A stretch of 64,000 nucleotides of DNA from Lepidodermella squamata (GCA_047495785.1 JBLDXI010000013.1:1364001-1428000), one strand, 5' to 3'; positions 24,381 through 37,295 are shown, counted from the stretch's first letter. Numbers and translations are program-made. Notes: a model not told the origin generated them from the letters alone.

Positions 24381-26520
24381 CTAATCTGAGATATAAGGCA
24401 TTGGAGAACCGGCGCCGTTGACAGCAGCCGCGGCCCCTACACCTGACGATCGTTTACCAGTACCACTTCTGATTGTTGAGGACGGAACTGTCAAGAAGCG
24501 CCCGTTTGGAGAGGTAGCGGCTGAGACACCTTCGGTAATTTGCTCAACAGAATTTCCTGTATCAGAAGCACCCTTCTGATTTGTCATCGAAAGCGACGAT
24601 TTAGCACACTCTCTGTCGTTCGAACCAACGCAGGGGCAGTTAGTCGAAGATAATACGCTGCCGACTAATAGGCAGCCGGCTAAAGCGAAGAAAAAGGCGC
24701 AGCACAAGAACGGGATGTAAAAACTTCCAGTGATATCAACCAAGTAACCTGAATTGAAAAAAGACATTATCATTAGTTCAACTAGTGTACCATAAACCAA
24801 CCAGTGAAAGGTATCCCGATTGAATTTGCCATTCCTTGAAAAAATTGAACAACGCCAAAAGCACCCGCCAATCGTTCGATCCCGACTAACTTGAACAAAA
24901 TGGGAGATTGCATGCCGTAATTGCTCATGAAGAAAAATCCGTAAACGCCAGCCAAAACGTATAACGCTGGTGCTCCACTGACAAGCGGTAGGCAGAAAAT
25001 GACGATAGCTCCAGAGAATAAGCATAATGCGTAGCTAGAATAAAATTTCATAATTGTTCGAAATGCCAGAATCAAGTTGCAACTTACATTAGAATTCGAT
25101 TGATTTTACGGTGATCGCTTATGAAGCCTACAATAATTTGTCCGACCACAGAAGTTATGCCAATCACAGAGGGTAGAAACGAAGCTGACTGGGCTGTGAG
25201 GCCCATGTTAGTCTGAGCGAAGTCAACCAGAAAGAAGTCAGGGACCGAATCCCACATGCTTACAAACGTGTTACAGAGCAAGAAGAGCAGAAACCGCTTA
25301 TTAGCAAAAAGCTGCTTGTCGAATATTTTCACCACGTTATCACGAAATTCCTCCTTCAGTCGAGAGCAGATGTCAACGCACGATTCATTTTGTTGACTCG
25401 TCTCCGATTTTGAAGGCACCGGAGATAAACCAGCAGGAGCTCCGTCAGGCATTGTCAGTCCAACGCCAAGTCTTACGTTCGGTAGTGAAAGCGATCGCAT
25501 CGAAGAAGTTCCTTCGATTCTCCGTTCATCTCGCTCCTTCTTCAACTGAGCCGCTCTGTGGGCATTCTTAGCGGCGTCCCGTAGATATGCTCGGATCAAT
25601 TCCGCACGACTGTTACTCATCGTGCATTTGTAAAGGGCAGCATACATGTCGCGAGACGATACACGCTTCAAAGGAGTACTTTCAACTAAATCTGCGATCG
25701 TGTCCAAATCTGCATCTGACTTAGATAACTGAGCCATAGCATCTACCGAATCCAAATCTTGATCGTTTCCTTGACTAGACAGTTCGTCGGGACCTTCGTC
25801 GTAAGCGGGAAGCTTGAAAAGCATGCATCCGATAAGGGCGTTGAAACATATCGCGCCGAATATAATTAGCGCCCATGTCCATTCGTACTCAGTTAGCAAA
25901 TATTGCAACAAAGGGGGCAACACAAAGCCTCCGAAACCGGAACCGCAGACTGCAATACCGGCAGCTAAACCCAATCGTTTGCTATTTGGAAACCAATGCG
26001 GCAATATTATGAACGACGGACTATACATAAGTGAAGCGCCAATACTCCGCAGGAACCCCATAGTGACGAAAAGCAATCCAAAAGACGAGTAAGCAAAGCC
26101 AGATAAAATGAAGCTACAACCCAATACGAATGCTCCTGCAAGTGCTACCGGTCTGCATCCGAATACTGAGACAAGACAGCAGACGACAGGACCAAGAAAC
26201 ATGGGCAGACCGTAAATTACCGGACCTAAGAGGGAAGTCATCGTTCGCGAGATATCAAATTGATTTAAAATTGTTGGCATCAAAACACCGGTGGTTGAAA
26301 GCGTTCCATCATACACAGCAACAACAATAAAAGCTCCAAACACAGTTATCCACCGGCGGCGTTTTCCACCCGGAATTGATGTTTTAACTGCGGTTTCTTT
26401 CTGTTGGTCCGAATCGCCCCCTCCATTGCTGGGACAACTTTGGTCGTTGGTGTTGGAGCTAATAGATTGTAAATCTTCATCTTTTTCTCCGCAGCCAGCA
26501 TCGCCGTTCAATGAAGCCAT
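24381..26520 (-). CDS. Monocarboxylate transporter (SLC16/MCT, MFS); 3 exons
   Basis: PGGKRRRWITVFGAF, FGCRPVALAG, WFPNSKRLGLAAGIAVCGSGFG, large central loop with RSLSLPN, and LVGIERLAGAFG. Confidence 0.9.
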
Positions 26521-26799
26521 CTTCCAAACAATCCGAGTGAATACCAATACAATCAATAAAAGAAAAAACGCCTCCCATAGGCATTGAAGCACAATATCTA
26601 ATATCGAAATACACAATCCATAATTCACAGGTAAACAAAGTAGTTATAAACATAAGTCATCAATGCATAATGCAACAAGAAAAAACTTTGAGGCCGCTTC
26701 CTATTTCGTTGGTTCAAGTGCCCTATCAGACGGCGTCGCTCTCGGCTCTCACAGGTCTGCCTTTTAGAGGGTCAAGGTTGACGTTAGGGGTTAGGCCGG

Positions 26800-26889
26800 G
26801 GGTTGAGTGCCATCTCTCATCTCTGAATAGTGGTAGAAGTTGGAGTGCACTTCTACCACTCATCAGAGATGAGAGATGGCACCCAACCC
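26800..26889. repeat. 90-nt inverted repeat/hairpin (41-nt arms, 8-nt loop)
   Basis: 26800-26840 versus the reverse complement of 26849-26889 match at 38/41 positions. Confidence 0.9.
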
Positions 26890-27625
26890 TCTCACTTCTA
26901 CCTCTCACTTCTACCAACGAAATTGGAGGAGAAACTTAGAAAGCGCAAAAAGACTGCAAAAGCCGCAGAAATAAGTATGCAGTTCATTTTTTGATTATTG
27001 GCGAATAGGTATTCATAAGATGAATTCGTTGATTTTGGGTCACGTCAAACATCAAAGACCATATTGCAGGTTGCTGGTAATTGGTGGTTCACCGTTCGAA
27101 CAAAGCCTTATTCTTCACAAGATCTTCAAGATAGGTGATCGGCGGGTTCGGTTCGGAAAACAAAAAAAAACAAGATTTCTTTGTTTTTTGTGCCATGAAC
27201 TTTAAAAGTATAAACATTAGTTTTTTAGCAAAAATTGTTTATGTTATGTAATGATATTAAAAATAATTTAATTTATAAAAGCGTCTTTAGTAACCCTTGG
27301 TCAGCTGATTTACCGCAGGATATCCTGTGCCTGAATCATAAGGCCGATGATGCAATTCATAGTCGTGCGTATATAATGCGATAGCAGCTGATGAAGTCAT
27401 TTATTTCTCTCTTATGTAATTGCAATACGAAGTGATTTTACCTCCGAGTCTGATTGCGACTCATGGACCCTAAACTCCAAAGTTCTAACCCCATGTTAAT
27501 TTCGCTGCTTGCCTCCATTTGCTGCATTTTAGTTATTCTCCTTTGTCAGTATTTTATGTTGACCCTGTGACATCTTCAGTTTGAATTTCAAGATAAGATT
27601 AAGTCGAGATAAAAATAGCTCTGCA

Positions 27626-30422
27626 ATGGTTTTGAAAAAAGGGAAATGCGGTGTCAGAAGCGGATCGGAAATCCGCAATAATCGAGCGTATCATTGGTTT
27701 CGACCACATGCAACAATGATGACATCTGTCAGCCACAGTCTATCGCATAGTACGTTTCTATCATAAGACATGCAATAGGACGCCGTGGCTTTGAATTTCC
27801 AAATTGCCGTTACATTTTCTCAAAAAGTAATGAGCAAAATACGATTCCTATTGCAAAATATAAGAGCATGTTGGACTTCGCGCTCATTGAAAAATCACAA
27901 TTCTTTTGTTATTCTGCGAGTCGCGGCGTCCAGCACGTCTCATGCATTCTGCGTAATAAAATTGATAATATCCTGCATATTTGCCTGCACAGTATTACCC
28001 GAACAGTTCGATCATGGCGAGTACTCTTTGGACAAACGAAGGCGATGGGAAATCTCAAAGGCTCTTGAGGGAAAAATTAATTCGGCGTTTTCATCGAGAG
28101 TTCTTGGTGGTGATACTTTTCCAGTATCATTCACTGTTGATGAGCATCGTGTCTCGTCGGCGTATCGTCGTGGTCGATGTCATACGACTACGTTTTCATC
28201 TAGAGTTTTCTTCTACGATTCTCGATTGAATGTATGATAAAAAAAATTTGAAGTTGTCCAATTCGCAAGGTTATCTCATGCAGGAGCCTGTACTTAAAGA
28301 GAGCAGTGGTATAATGCTCAATTCGAGGAATGTGATCAAGCAGTGGCTCGAAGGAGAAATGGGCAGACACCCTCCTTCCGATGTCAAAGATAAGAACTAC
28401 AAACAATCAGACGTGAAGGACTTCTGCCATTTAAGTGTCTGGAAAGCTGAAAAGAAGTTATGCAAAAAATTAGAATTTACTCAACATGGTAATTTATTCC
28501 AATATTCCAAGGTTGCTTTTTGCTGATAGATTCTTTTTTAATCAGAACCGCAAAAAGTCAAAGCTGCAATCAAACGCTGTTTACTGGAATACAGTGGCAG
28601 ACAGGGTTTAAAGCCGACGTATTGGAGAATGCTCGATGATAATTACTATTACAAAGCTGATTCAGAAAACTATGGTGATGAAGAATTAGTCGGTGATGGA
28701 AAGGCTGAGGAATCAAGCACTCCTCTCCCCAAAGCTATCACTTTGGGCGAATTGCTACAAAAGAAAGCTCGTTCAACACACACTAATGCATCGATTCTTT
28801 CGGGTGAAAACAGTCGGACGAAAGTGTGGTGTTCACCCGAATCGAATGAAGAATATCAGTCTAAAATTGCTAGGCCTGACCCACCGAAACCGTCATTTTC
28901 GTTCGACCCTTTCCACATATTTCTTCGAGCAGAATCAGTTTTGGAGAACTCATTATTCCAGTTGCTAGGGGTTTGCGAAGCTAATATTATAGTTTACACT
29001 TCTTCTCAGCGTTGGAAACTATATTTGAACTACTGCTTTGATGATTCTACTTACTGTCAAGCTTTTATCATAACACCTTATCCAAGTTTCCTGAAAGAGC
29101 CGCTCAAACAGGATGCATACAATCAACCAATGGATCTCGTGGACGAAATTCAAGCCTCATTATCTTGTGATCAGACGAGCGATAGTTACGAGTGTTATGA
29201 TAGCTCTGTCTCGAATGCATCATATCCTTATGAGGCCATCGGATTCACTGGAGAAGCGGATGAAGCTGATTTATTCCACAACTTATCGGATGGGAATGAG
29301 TCGGAGAAGCAAAAGCTTATCATTCCACCGAATTTTACACTGGCACAGTGTAATCATGAGCTAAACGCCGCTAAGCTGAAATACGAAGTTGCCAAGAATC
29401 CAACAAATAACTATCCTCCTCGATGTGCTCTGGGAAGTGGAATGAAATGTGATGCAATCATTGACGATGCAATTTTGATGCTGGTTATTGGCGGCGAAGC
29501 ATTTTCCAGAATTAAATCTGGCGTTGACGTTAGGCAAAAGAGGAAGTGTGCTTGTGGTGCAACTCTACTCGCTTGTGACAATTCTCTTTATAACTACTGC
29601 TTACCAACGACATGCCAATTCTGCATGAAGCGCCAATGCTACCGGTGCGGAGAGCAGCCGCATTGGCCAGCATCTTGTAATGAATATCAAAGATTTATTA
29701 ATGCTCCTCGAAGCAATGATACCGTTGCTGCCGGTTACTTCAAGACTAATTGCTGCCTTATTTGCATGGAGAGAGTCCTACAGACTTCTAAACCCGTGGT
29801 AAGATTCCACGGAAAGGTTAAATACAACAACTCATTTGACCGTTGCTGGTTTTGCGGAGCATGCGATGTAAGACCTGCTGAGAACTTTTTCACATTTTAT
29901 ATTTTATTTTTGTAATTTCTCGAATAGGCTGGGCTGTCCCGCCCGAAGAAAATTCAACGGGTATCTTTCAAGAGTTCTACTGCAATTCGAAGTGAAGCTA
30001 TTTATCAAATCGAGAAAAGGCTATTGAGAAAAATAATCCATCATAATTTCTCACCCCAAAACGCCAAGGAGAAATTTTTAGTCATGCTGTATGACAAAGG
30101 TAAATCCGAGGCGATTGTCGAAAATTGCAGCAACCGGACGTTTGCGACGAAGTTTGCTTCAAACTTGGCGAATGTATTTGCTGAATTTAACAGCTTAGCA
30201 ACTTATGCAATGGCTATGGAACGCAAGGACACAAACGTTGCGGAAGAAGTCAGTAACCTGCGGAGATTGGTTGACGATTTTCTTAAAATTTCGCTGGACT
30301 CTCAGGATAAAAAATACGATGAGACTACTTGTTCTAGGGTTGTGGATGATTTGATTTTGCTTCATGATAACTGCATGAGATCTATCTCATTTATCGCCAA
30401 GATGCTGGGACAAGCGAATTAA
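27626..30422 (+). CDS. Divergent RBR/Ariadne-like IBR-domain protein; ~5 exons, 5' exons uncertain
   Basis: IBR-like C-x-C...CQFC..CYRCGEQPHWPASCNEY. RING1 and RING2 are degenerate; helical C-terminus. In-frame GT-AG joins at ~28232-28282, ~28489-28545 and ~29868-29927. Confidence 0.6.
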
Positions 30423-30581
30423 TCCTGTGATAAAAAAATCGAAGCATCATTGTTTTATTTTAACATCGTGCAATTATAGTGAACACCTCCAAGTCATCTA
30501 TGCCAAGCTTTTTGAATCTAGTAAAATGAATGTCGTGTTATATTTTGTATTTTAAGCAAGCCATTATGTATATTCCATCAA

Positions 30582-31207
30582 TTAGCCTCGCTGCCGAATG
30601 AAAAGTGGGTAGTAGCACGTCTTCCGGCACTCTTCCATCGTAGAAAACGTCGATTTCCTCAAAGCTTCCCTATCACAAGTGAGAACGACATTCACACATT
30701 TTCCTTGTATAGAGTCGAAAACAATGGGCGATGTAACGCTAATCGGCTGGTTGCATTCCAGGGGAGTTATTAGTTTGAAAAAGCATTTCAAGTTCGTTTC
30801 TTTGAAGCCAGACGTTGGTTGGGTGGTCAAGGATATAGCAGGAATAGGTGGATAATTAAATAAACGCGGCGAGCCAGGATTCCTAGGTTCCAGTACCATC
30901 CAACAGGCCATTTCGCATTGGTCGACAGACCTGAATGAGTTCCGCTCCAAGATTTCTCGGTTGCAACCTTTTGTTACCAGCTCGCAATTTCGACTATTGG
31001 CATTGTATACAATGAAGTTGCCTATCGTGAAATTACATGTTGGAGTTGCTGGAACTCGAAATATGCACTTATTTAGGTCTTCGTACACAACTTGAAAAAT
31101 AGAGCATTGATAAAGTTGTTGCACCTTAAAGTTATTCGGAACTAACTTCTTGAATCTCCAGCTTGAAATGTTGAAGCTACAACAAGGCCTGCCAGAATTG
31201 CGTACAT
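30582..31207 (-). CDS. Secreted protein with two divergent Kunitz/BPTI-like six-cysteine domains; 2 exons
   Basis: Signal-peptide exon MYAILAGLVVASTFQAGDSR splices in frame. Two repeats of C..C..(Y/F)..C..C..(N/T)F.S.(D/E).C...C. Confidence 0.75.
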
Positions 31208-31379
31208 TTTCCAGCTAACACTTCGAAACCATTGAACTTTAAGAATTTAATCTTTAGAGCTTTTCTCATGTTTACATACGGTTTCTTTTTTAAATTTAAC
31301 CTTGCGTGATTATGTAGCAAAAACTTTTTGCACTTAGTACAATGCTCTCGTTTTATTCGAAATTGCGTATTAGGTGAGA

Positions 31380-33444
31380 TTATTTGGCCTCTTCTTGAGG
31401 CAATAGCAAGTAAAGACTCATTATGATGTAGGAGATGTAGAGAAAGAAAAAAATGCGGTCGAAAACCATGATAGCAATGAGCCATTCGCGTTTCACTAAA
31501 TCCGTGTACTCCTTAGCCGACTGTTTCTCAGCGACCCGCTGAAACGTTTTCCGAAGCTCGATCAAATCCCCAAGAACTCCCATATGTGTGTTTTCTTCCG
31601 CCTCAACTTCGACATTGGACCCTCCAGTAGAAACGAACGATTTACCCCAGGATGACAACCGCCGTCGAGCTTCGCTCAAAGTTGTCGATTTACGCCGGCT
31701 TCGGTTGAAAACAGCCGAGGAAGGGGCTGCGAGCGAAGCAGAATCTGGCGCTTGTTGTAGCAGCGGCGTCGCACATCTCGCTCCAATTTCCTTTTGAGCT
31801 CGAGAAAGTGACTGCCGGGTCACACCTGGTAGTAAATTGCTACCTGACGCCGAGGCTTTCTGTTCGCGCTTGATTTCCAGCGGGCTCTTCAACGGAATTG
31901 GTATAAACAGCCAAACGGCAAGTTTTTTAATAACGATATTGCGTAAACGATCGGACATTGGCGCCTTTCGATCTGCCCGAAAATGAATTTCTACCAAAAA
32001 TCCGCAGGCGAACATTACCACTAAAATTTGAGAATTTTGCGTAATTAATAGGTTCCATTCATCGAGTTATTTACCTGTTGTAGCTATCATGGAAGTACTG
32101 TAATAAAGGCCAATGATAGGTGACCGGCTACCACTGGGCGGCGTACTGTTTTTCAGCAAATTAAGCAGCAGGAAAAAGCCTTGAAATATGAAAATGCCGA
32201 TTTGAATCTTTGCCGGGCTCTCCGGAGGAAGCATAAACAAAACACCAGCTCTAAAATATGGTAAAATTCAGAAAATTATGGTCCATTGTGAATCGCAGAA
32301 AATTACGTCAGAGACAGCAAGACGCAAGGTAAAACTAGGACATAACGGTGAAAGACAGATCTGCGTTTCAGCCTGAGCGTAAACGTGAGGTCGTAGAAAC
32401 TGGTCTTCATGCCACGCTTTCCGACTTTGATGCTTCGCTTCGCTGAATTCTCTGCAATTTCCCACTCAGGGTTGGGAACGTAAGAATCGAGCGACATCGA
32501 TTCTCGGCCGTCGACGAATTTCAGCGTTAATGTGTTGACACCCATGGATAGACTACGGAAGGTCATATAGCACTCTTGCTCGTCAAACGGGAAGGAAAAT
32601 GTGTCTAGTAAAAGAAATTGTTTTGAAAACAGCTCGCATTTCTGAAACTGATGTAATTACCTATGGAGCAGGCGCTTTTGAAAATTCCAGTAGGAATCCA
32701 ATCGATATGGCCGGTTCCATTGACTATTTAGAGAGCAGGAAAACGTAATGAAATTAAATAATCTTAAAATTAAAATTATTACCGACGGCCAAGGTACTTC
32801 GATGTTGGCGCATTCTGTCATCGGCGCTAGAAATAGAAAAAAATGATGCGGCTTAAAATTTACCACATCAAATTTACTAGTTAAAAAGAGCAACGTCAGG
32901 GGTCCAGATTTCCTCAGCAGGGATGCGAACGATATCGACGCCAATTGCGGTGTGATTCCAAGCTAGAGATGGATCACACCATCGAAAATGAGTCCATATG
33001 TTGGTGATCAATTGGCCTAAAATAAATTGATTAGAGACATTCAAGATTGAAATATTAATTTCTTTACCAGCATCTTCATTGACTCGTAGAACTTGAATCA
33101 GATTTATTCCAAACTCAACTTCGACAGGATGAGTGCTAAATAGCATAATTTCATCATTCAGCTGTTTAAACGTAAAGACAAACATACAAATTCGTAACAG
33201 GCCGACCAAGTTGTCGTCCATCCTGCTGGCTGAGCAGTAATTTGACCAATTTCTTCTCCTTGAACCACTCGTCTTGAGGTATATCTAGAAAAATTCATAA
33301 TTGATACTCAGGTATTATAAGCGAATATCCGATGAAGTTACCTGTATCGTCGAGTTCGCCAGATGCAGCAGATGCTTCGGCCAAAACTGATGTCAAGAGT
33401 AAAATTGCGCCAACCGATGCTACCCGGCGCACGAAATTTGTCAT
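31380..33444 (-). CDS. Cys-loop ligand-gated ion channel, nAChR-like non-alpha subunit of the anion-selective (PESPAK) clade; ~9 exons
   Basis: Signal peptide, RPVTN, WTPDVALFNYADDR, Cys-loop CSIDTFSFPFDEQEC, M1 YVLVLPCVLLS, LPPESPAK-M2 and M4 KREWLIAIMVFDRIFF. Confidence 0.92.
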
Positions 33445-36400
33445 TTTGTGTTTAAATTCGGCATGTCAAGTGGCTTGATTGCGTGCTAGAAATATATATA
33501 TATCGCATATATAGTAAAATGATAACGGTTGACATTTTTTAACAATCAAATTTTAATGACAGCAATTAAGCATGGCTCATTAATTCTGTACGCCTATGAG
33601 CATAAAATCGCAAAAAATATAGGGTACGTTCGATCGAACGGAGCGAGGTACTATGGATCTCCGAATAAAGGTAAAAGACTGCTATAAATTTTGCGCGCTT
33701 TTGTTCCGATTTTCGAAAATACTTTTAAGGAAATAGAAATACACATGTAAGAATCACAACGAGAGGGGCAGACAAAAGCGCAGCTATTATTTGGCGTGTG
33801 GGTAGCATATCCGGCGTTTTAGGCGCTGCTTGCCTGAAATAAATGTATATTTTGTAAGTATTATTGCCGATGAAAAGCAACACATATAAAACCGCTATAT
33901 ACCTACTTTGCATAATAAGTCAGCACCAGCATGATATATTTGGCTTTCATAAATTGGGCCGAGGTTATGAGCGAATGTAAAAGTGAGCGAGATATGAAAT
34001 TTTCTACACTTGCTGCCGAGAAGCGAAATAGCAGCTGAAAAGCGCGCCGTTGTGTGCACTGCCCCTAATATCCGCGGCTATTTAATGTTTGTCTACAAAT
34101 CAAGTGGGCTAGAGCCATATGCATAGATGAATGATCGTGATCGCGGGTTTCATCTGACCAATAGAAACCGGGCCAGAGCAAACAGGAGACCCGAGCGGTG
34201 GTAGCAAACAAGCTGAAGTTTCAAGCTAAACAAATCCATCGGAAAGTTCCAGAATTCTGTATATTAAAAAACTGTCTCTCAATCCCTTGAAGAGTGCATT
34301 TTCCAGACAAAAATAAGTCGAAATATGGCAGAAATATCATATATTTTTGCGTGCGAAGGGATGTAAAATTTCGATTTTCCTGGCTTTAATATGTTCGTCA
34401 TACGAAAGGCGCAAGAGAATTCCCGATCGCCAATCGCATATACACGTAAGAATGAGTGGCGCTGGTTTTTCTACTATATATACACTGCGATGACGAAAGA
34501 AGCTGTGCCTTATCATTTCTATTATAAGTTTTACGCATTCGTTATCGGCAATTTAAATTTACGGTCGTTGTCAACATCTTCGCCCCTCGTCTCGCCGCTT
34601 CTCCTTTTCGTTGTCGGCGCCGCAAATCGCGCAGCGAACGAAAGGCAATACTCGTATAGCAAAAAGTGGATTTCTGTTAAAGTAAAAGTAATAGTAATGA
34701 TATTACGCGTGAGCAATGATAATAGCATGAATTCGCGTTCTCCGCGATCGCGCAAAACGCGCATCAGCGTCGCGCAGCGCGTAGCCACGGCAAACTAAAG
34801 ATTCAACATGGGTCCAAACACGCGCCGAAGTTTCTATTATAATTACTACACAGAGTGTCCCTCTTGTCGGAGCCACATCAGCCGTGCACTATATCATTAC
34901 GTACGTGCTAACATGATTTTTTCCGTCATCTTATTCAGTTTCTTACGCTAAGGATAAATAATATCGATTTTTTGTTTAGAGTAAACATATAGCAGCCATC
35001 TAAAAGACGAATTGAGCTATACATGATAGGAGTAAACAAACGATCCGGTATTGGTAGTCGAAGAAAATTGTGAGACCATAAGGAATAAGTATCGCGTGAG
35101 GCTCTATTTCGCCGCATGCGTGCGAATTTTTATTGGATTACAGCACGATCGAATTCCGTTTCTTCACAAATAAAATCTAATCGAATAATCGAATGCGATT
35201 TCGATCGACAAAATTTTAGGTACTATGCTGCCACGATTTATGTGAAACAAAACTTGGCTTGGCCCTATTTCTCGAACGAGATCCTGGGTTTTGCAGTTGA
35301 TCGCTAATCGCTACCAAATAGTTCCGTTCAATACCTGGAATTATTGATAGCCTTGTTTTATTACACCTATAATTCTTTCACAACCACGGCATGCCGAGGT
35401 GCTGTCGGAAGCCGCAATCGAGTGCATAAACTCCTTGTGTTGTAGACAAAGGTTATCGTAAAAAATATCAGGACGATAAAGGCCATGTGGGACGCATTAC
35501 TCGCCTTCGCAGCCCTGCTTACTTTACGCACTGAAGCGCACAGTTGATACGCGTAAATTATCAATCAGTAATAACAAAGGCTAGGAAATGGCCGACTCTG
35601 TTGATATTTTTCAAACTGCGGATCTGCTTTTGATTTAGGCGCATACAAGTATGAGGAAAGCGATGCTCATTTATTTTGTTTGATTGGCTGATTCAGGTAA
35701 TTTGCGATTTCGGCTTATGATTTCTCTCCCTCGAATATTTGAAGGCACCAGCTAACATTAAACCATTGATAGCAACCAGCTTTATAGCTATAATATAATT
35801 TATGACCGATAATCAAAAAATCTGGCTTTTTATTTTTTCATGGCTGTTTAAACTGTGACAATTAGACGTTGTCAATTTTCAACATGATGAGATCGTACAA
35901 TTAAGCAATTTAGGCAATATAACATAATCATGTACGGAGAATGAAAGGAAAGCAATGTCAAAATATTTGGTTTGTCAAGAATAAAATATTTATATTATTT
36001 AACATCTGTCAAATAAGTAACCGAAACAAAAAAGTTGAAGCGCTTCGTCCATAGAAAAATATCAATCAGACGCATCCCATAGATCATCGATAATCTATCA
36101 AGTAATTTGGGCAACAAATTCGCCTAAAATTCGAGCTAGCTTTTGCTCGCAGGGGTAGAAGAGGAGTTGAAAAGTTTCGAAGTACATAAAAAAAAGTTAA
36201 GCTATTCCCCCATCTAGCGATAGGGCATCAGTGAATTAAGGACATTTAAAAAACACGATTTTTTTGTTCAATCAGTGGATTATTCACGCATGCTTTACGA
36301 GCTGTATATAACGACAGGAATAGCAACAGGCTGTGATCTCGTAAAAATAGTGGTTAATCGGGCGAAATTGGTAAGGAACGCAGGAAGCTCGGCAATTCTT

Positions 36401-36619
36401 TGTCAGTTTCTCCTAAAAAAAACAGGTAGATTGAAATCGTGCAAACTCGTAACTTCCCCAAGGAATATAGCCAAATTAGCTCATCAACAACGAAGGCTAG
36501 TTATAACAGAATTTCTCGTAGTATACTTATTTTTTTTGCACAATGACAGCGATCAGAGGTCATGACAGAAGAAGACTACACATCGCCGACAAGATAAAAA
36601 GAAGCGAATGTGGCAATTT

Positions 36620-37295
36620 TCAGATAATGCCGAATGTCGTTAGGAGTTTCACTAGCTCTTCATCGGTACTGCAAACGCGAATGAATTCCTCCTCGCTAAT
36701 CATTCCGTCGTGATTTACATCGATTTTTGAAAAGACATTGTTTGTGACCACATCAGGGTTGATGTTACACTCTTGAGCCCCGGCAATGCTACATATAGAC
36801 TGCAAAAAAATACATGAAAAAAATCAGAATTAAGGAGGATGCTGGTTACTTACGCGAATGATTTCTTTCAGCTCGTTCCGATCTACTGAACCATTTGAAT
36901 CGATGTCGTACATTTTGAAGGCCAACTTCAGCTTGTCCTCAGGAGAACCGTTTGTAACAATGTTGACAGAAAGCATGAACTCTTTAAAGTCGATGTAACC
37001 GTTGCCGTCGTTGTCAAAGGCCCGAAAGACATGCTCGCATAACTTGTCCGCATTTCCTTCGGGCCACAGTGTATTATATATAGATACAAACTGAGTTTTC
37101 GTCAGCCTTCCATCCGGGCAATCTTTCTATTAAATTAATTTGGTTAATACGGTAATTTAGACAGCTCAGATTGGAACTTACCCGGAATGAGGTATACCAT
37201 TGATGAATTTCTTGCTCCGAAAAAGACGTGTTTTTTCGAAGGTAGTCTATCTCAGTTTGTAGCAGCTTTTTGCTTTTAGCTTCGTTAGCACCCAT
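36620..37295 (-). CDS. Neuronal calcium sensor family EF-hand protein (neurocalcin/NCS-like); 3 exons
   Basis: N-terminal MG myristoylation site, FSEQEIHQWY..F|KDCPDGRL, and EF-hands DNDGNGYIDFKE, DIDSNGSVDRNE, DVNHDGMISEEE. Confidence 0.92.

Noticed and set aside
26670-26939. Two antiparallel ORFs with near-identical peptides
   Set aside because: This is an artefact of the palindromic hairpin.
34391-35564. Overlapping short ORFs, a CG-rich patch and a weak inverted repeat (35349/35570) upstream of the receptor gene
   Set aside because: No domain, consistent splice structure or TSD was found; probably regulatory or intergenic.
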